Shown here in pieces: positions 61,501 to 64,000 of a DNA stretch of 64,000 bases. The notes under the pieces are model-generated. The model searched no databases, was not told the origin of the DNA, and was given only the letters and a program-made list of their open reading frames with translations. Position 1 is the first letter of the stretch, and each line of letters opens with the position of its first letter. Both the position numbers and the translations under genes were made by a program. Where the stretch lies: IMG/VR virus record IMGVR_UViG_3300032323_002950, positions 1 through 64,000 of that record; one strand, given 5' to 3'. Source of the stretch: a virus.

Positions 61501-63363
61501 ACTCAACAAGTACCCGCACAACAACAAACAGGATTAAAACCCCAAGAAAATACTGACGTGTCAAATAAGACATCTTCAATATCCAAGTTTTTAATTAGAA
61601 AATTATTATCTGAATGTAATTACTTTGAAGTTATTAAAGAATCTGACCCATTTGTTTATCAATCAATTAAAGAAAAAATTAAATATTTTAATCCTGCCTT
61701 TCACGCAATAACTCCTGAGGGATTAAATAGTAGATTAACATTCTTAAATCAATGTACAAGACCTGGTAACACTATTCCGACTAAAACTCGGGATGGTAAT
61801 GTTACAAATAATAATGTCGTTAATACAAGTTTTGGTAAACCTCCTGTTTTAGTTTTAAGAATTGGTGATTTTTATAACACAAAAATTATTCCTGGCTCAA
61901 TACAATTTTCATATGAAGGATTAGATATTAATCCACAAGGTATTGGAGTACAACCTATGATTGCTAAAGTACAAATGAGTTTTGACTTTATTGGAGGTAG
62001 TGGGATTAAAGAACCAATTGAAAAGATACAAAACGCATTGTCATTTAATTATTATGCAAATACTGAACTTTATGATGACAGAGCAGTTGAGACAGAGGAT
62101 TTTTCTTCGATTGATAATGAGTTATTCCAGTCAATTACTTCAAGACCTTTTGGAACTGATGCAACACAACAAGGTGAATTAGGAGGTACAATCATTGGTG
62201 AATTTGTAAGCGAGGTTCCATTATATAGCGGTAACACTAGTGGACAAACACAATACAAAACATTCTTTAATAGTTTCATACAAGAAACCCATGATTATTT
62301 TGTTAATACTGTGAATTTCTCACAAGACATTGTATCGAGTTATAATTTAGGTATTTTGAAACAATTATGTTTAACTAGAAATTATAGTAATGGGTATGTT
62401 AATCAATTAGAACAACCAAATACTAGTTTTTTAAATATTTTTGGTAAACCATCTTTATGGCAGACAAATTTAGAGGCAGTCTCAACTCAGTTTAAAGAAT
62501 TGATAAATATTCAGGAAGACCCAATACTGAGAGTGTTAGCGTTTAATTATGAAGTATCAGAAGAGGATTTAGACAAAGTAACCTATAATTTTACAAATAT
62601 TGTTAATAATCAGATACAAAATAGTTTTACATTAATTAGTTCTAAAATTCAAAATTACGCAAATAGAGAAGCTTCATATAATCAGTATCTTAGAAAATTA
62701 GATGTTGTTTCTTTTGGTATTGACGGTAAGAAAAAACCTGATGGAATTCCACAAGTTTTAAAATTGACAGGAACCACTGAAAATAATGAAAATAGTTTGG
62801 ATGCAATAAAAAATGATTATTTAGTTGTTTATAGTTCATTAACTTCTTTTAATACTTTTTGTTTAAATCAAAAAGTAATATACACGGCAGGGACTGAAAA
62901 CACAACCTTCTCAGCAGTTACCGATAGTTTAAATGCTACCGACATTGTAACGGCAAAGGCAATTAATTTAATGTATACTTTGTTTTCAGATGTTTTCTTA
63001 GATAGTAATAAAAAACAAAACTTTAAAAGTTTATTGTTTCAAAATTTAACATCTACAACTAGACAAATAACAATAGATGCTATAACAACAATTGTTGATA
63101 GTTATGTCAGTAAATTTTTGTCAGAATATACCGCAGAAAATGCTCATTTTACACAACTAATAAACTCTAATCAGGAGTATAAAACATATTATCAATTTAA
63201 TCCTCAAAGAAATGGATTATCATTATCACAGAAAACAAGAGTTTTAGATTTTTCAACATTTGACCAAACCGACCCTGATAAAGAAAAAATTTCTAATTTA
63301 TATAAGAGTGTTAATTTAAATGATGACAAAACCTCATTTAATGATAAGATAAATTTTAACTAA
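58570..63363 (+). CDS. Large baseplate/tail-initiator protein (1597 aa)
   Basis: Tube-initiator-like segments (FLGRPEPVYTY..TKRT..LSW; PPVLVLRIGDFY..KII..SI); position after tape measure. Confidence 0.6.
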   Translation: MEKNLLTFKGSEQFRKGLLARNLQSYQLTGYFTSNSENVDTETVINFQNTTVTDSPNISETVDGNNNQNVINNTKLNPYGPGGTEDIIDVADIINYPNQNSNSSVSLNDGSTFSLNNNQPYWPLTETKMDIVNEISIDTIGVLNSYVSSDNYNSLYFVSDTPLISNKSTKGEYPNFVEGQVTLNKVLEKSADNPDDSYLAQISTTFLDFQIRANIDRQIYGNTLGRANFQALTNPFSIAELATGQETLIQKNWVITVPDGVFDQAKYLTQQMTGSMLPTSPIEGSYFNEPDNKNATARQLLDTAFAGAYKPADPNNNPSKKFLNNTGSGQKSVLFKSLNYNTFKPDYDTTRTQAGLFFNALFNINRPSLVNYYVGSDVTDPSKVNSPVDDSPVNYLGQQTSSVVYGPTNMAKVYEGTVYQNYQFGLGEKPYDQRPSDDGGFIWASTDTINNAGKKVGEGGEASYGDFDNFIGNGINSYYLNAVSIDKGGFTPGSILDETQRLINSTPQGKKRLQHAGNAINQISKVFNDGYKEITKGSKVKKYVNKAGVEVGQEYGRLFAKDNPYYTYGNLQQTVSSDSGSAINGNIRKSSYSVLDSTYNLNIAPLAGNGSTNVTKEGSVKKYMFSIENLAWRGTPDWSDLPACEKGPNGGRVMWFPPYDLSFADTTSPQFDSTNFLGRPEPVYTYSNTKRTGTLSWSIIVDHPSVLNLIVDKELSKADSQTVNGVVASFFAGCKRYDLYELASKFNTLSFTDLTALYQEVLGSTQTSLEEKESAAQGLTPTTNNSQNNSDVITIQSDYKNKGFYFDNNPNPESFYEQYVSYTSEDVKTLYFSSNPQYSAETNTFFTDVIQSDYSKLDTFANEIKTIINEKKGKVTIELQGSKFSNTTNYDTINNTMLDSVINYFKETIYLGGTVFEDGTITIKLSTSVLDNVVLSNNVDFSCTEVLTPPNDVYSPNAMACRALRVKNVTVTPFPNNTQQVPAQQQTGLKPQENTDVSNKTSSISKFLIRKLLSECNYFEVIKESDPFVYQSIKEKIKYFNPAFHAITPEGLNSRLTFLNQCTRPGNTIPTKTRDGNVTNNNVVNTSFGKPPVLVLRIGDFYNTKIIPGSIQFSYEGLDINPQGIGVQPMIAKVQMSFDFIGGSGIKEPIEKIQNALSFNYYANTELYDDRAVETEDFSSIDNELFQSITSRPFGTDATQQGELGGTIIGEFVSEVPLYSGNTSGQTQYKTFFNSFIQETHDYFVNTVNFSQDIVSSYNLGILKQLCLTRNYSNGYVNQLEQPNTSFLNIFGKPSLWQTNLEAVSTQFKELINIQEDPILRVLAFNYEVSEEDLDKVTYNFTNIVNNQIQNSFTLISSKIQNYANREASYNQYLRKLDVVSFGIDGKKKPDGIPQVLKLTGTTENNENSLDAIKNDYLVVYSSLTSFNTFCLNQKVIYTAGTENTTFSAVTDSLNATDIVTAKAINLMYTLFSDVFLDSNKKQNFKSLLFQNLTSTTRQITIDAITTIVDSYVSKFLSEYTAENAHFTQLINSNQEYKTYYQFNPQRNGLSLSQKTRVLDFSTFDQTDPDKEKISNLYKSVNLNDDKTSFNDKINFN

Positions 63364-63365
63364 TA

Positions 63366-63689
63366 ATGGCTAACGAATATTATAATAGATATGTTAACTT
63401 CACAAGTAATGGTGAATTTATAAATGTTCCATTTGTTCAGATACCTGCAAAAAATTCTGATAAAGTATACATTTATAAATTAGGAGTTTCTAGATTGGAC
63501 AAAGTATCACAACAATACTATGGAACACCATTTTTTGGTTGGTTAATTTTACAATCAAATGGATTTGCCGGAGGTAGTGAAGTTGAAATTCCTGATAATA
63601 CTATTTTAAAAATACCATTCCCTTTGGAATCCTCTTTGTTAGATTATAAATCAGCAATAGACAATTATTTCTATTATTATGGCAAGTAA
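63366..63689 (+). CDS. LysM-like baseplate wedge protein (gp53/P2 gpX-like)
   Basis: RLDKVSQQYYG.P..GWLIL..N...LKIP. Confidence 0.75.
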   Translation: MANEYYNRYVNFTSNGEFINVPFVQIPAKNSDKVYIYKLGVSRLDKVSQQYYGTPFFGWLILQSNGFAGGSEVEIPDNTILKIPFPLESSLLDYKSAIDNYFYYYGK

Positions 63690-64000
63690 CATTGTACCTG
63701 GTGACATATATATTGAGAATAATTATAATAATATTTTTATAATTAATCCAAATAAGACTTATCAAACCTCAGATATTATAGGTGAAAACGAACTAACCGT
63801 TGGAGATAGAAACCTAAAACAAGAGGATTTGGTGATGTATGCGAATTTGGAATGTAACATACAACCTAGGTCTAGATTACTTTTAGGTGACGATGGTGCG
63901 GGTGAGAATACTTTAATTGCAACATCAAAAGTCGATTTTTTAAAACCAAATGATGGGGACTTCTTCACAACAAATTGGACATTAGATGCGACAAACACAA
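63679..64000 (+). CDS. Putative baseplate protein, 5' part (runs off window end)
   Basis: ATG 63679 overlapping the previous gene; open to window end (MASNIVPGDIYIENNYNNIFIINPNK...EDLVMYANLEC). Confidence 0.6.
   Translation, partial: MASNIVPGDIYIENNYNNIFIINPNKTYQTSDIIGENELTVGDRNLKQEDLVMYANLECNIQPRSRLLLGDDGAGENTLIATSKVDFLKPNDGDFFTTNWTLDATNT

Noticed and set aside
712-63998. Other short ORFs nested in or antisense to long genes (e.g. 712, 879, 1122, 7269, 28712, 43141, 53402, 59687, 63762)
   Set aside because: They overlap well-supported genes entirely and show no recognisable motifs
50541-64000. Extracellular contractile injection system or tailocin in a bacterial chromosome
   Set aside because: Neck proteins, PolB, a sigma-like factor and phage-style gene packing indicate a true phage
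1-64000. Stop-codon reassignment as in some large phages
   Set aside because: Genes are full length and tightly packed in code 11, and TAA, TGA and TAG all occur as stops

Overview
The window is a gene-dense, AT-rich segment of a large tailed phage (myovirus, probably jumbo-type), read in standard code 11. It carries a contractile-tail and neck module (sheath, tube, chaperone, tape measure, baseplate, gp13/14/15-like neck proteins, HxH central spike), a family B DNA polymerase, a SNF2-family helicase, dUTPase, a 3'-5' exonuclease, PhoH, SOD, a stand-alone WYL protein and a probable phage sigma factor. The main feature is about 24 soluble glycan-synthesis genes in two clusters (5.4-19.8 kb and 26.7-37.3 kb). 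The second cluster sits between two large Thr/Pro-rich mucin-like putative virion proteins and starts with a GT60-like polypeptide GlcNAc transferase, which suggests a phage-encoded mucin-type O-glycosylation system for the virion. Other signals read from the sequence: a TATTTAT motif before 13 late-type genes, a probable +1/-2 frameshift in the tail chaperone, an unannotated RHH-like gene with a palindromic operator, a hairpin before the polymerase, and fixed-length periodicity in the mucin tracts. All family calls come from motif recognition by eye; no searches were run. I found no tRNA, rRNA, CRISPR array or mobile element.
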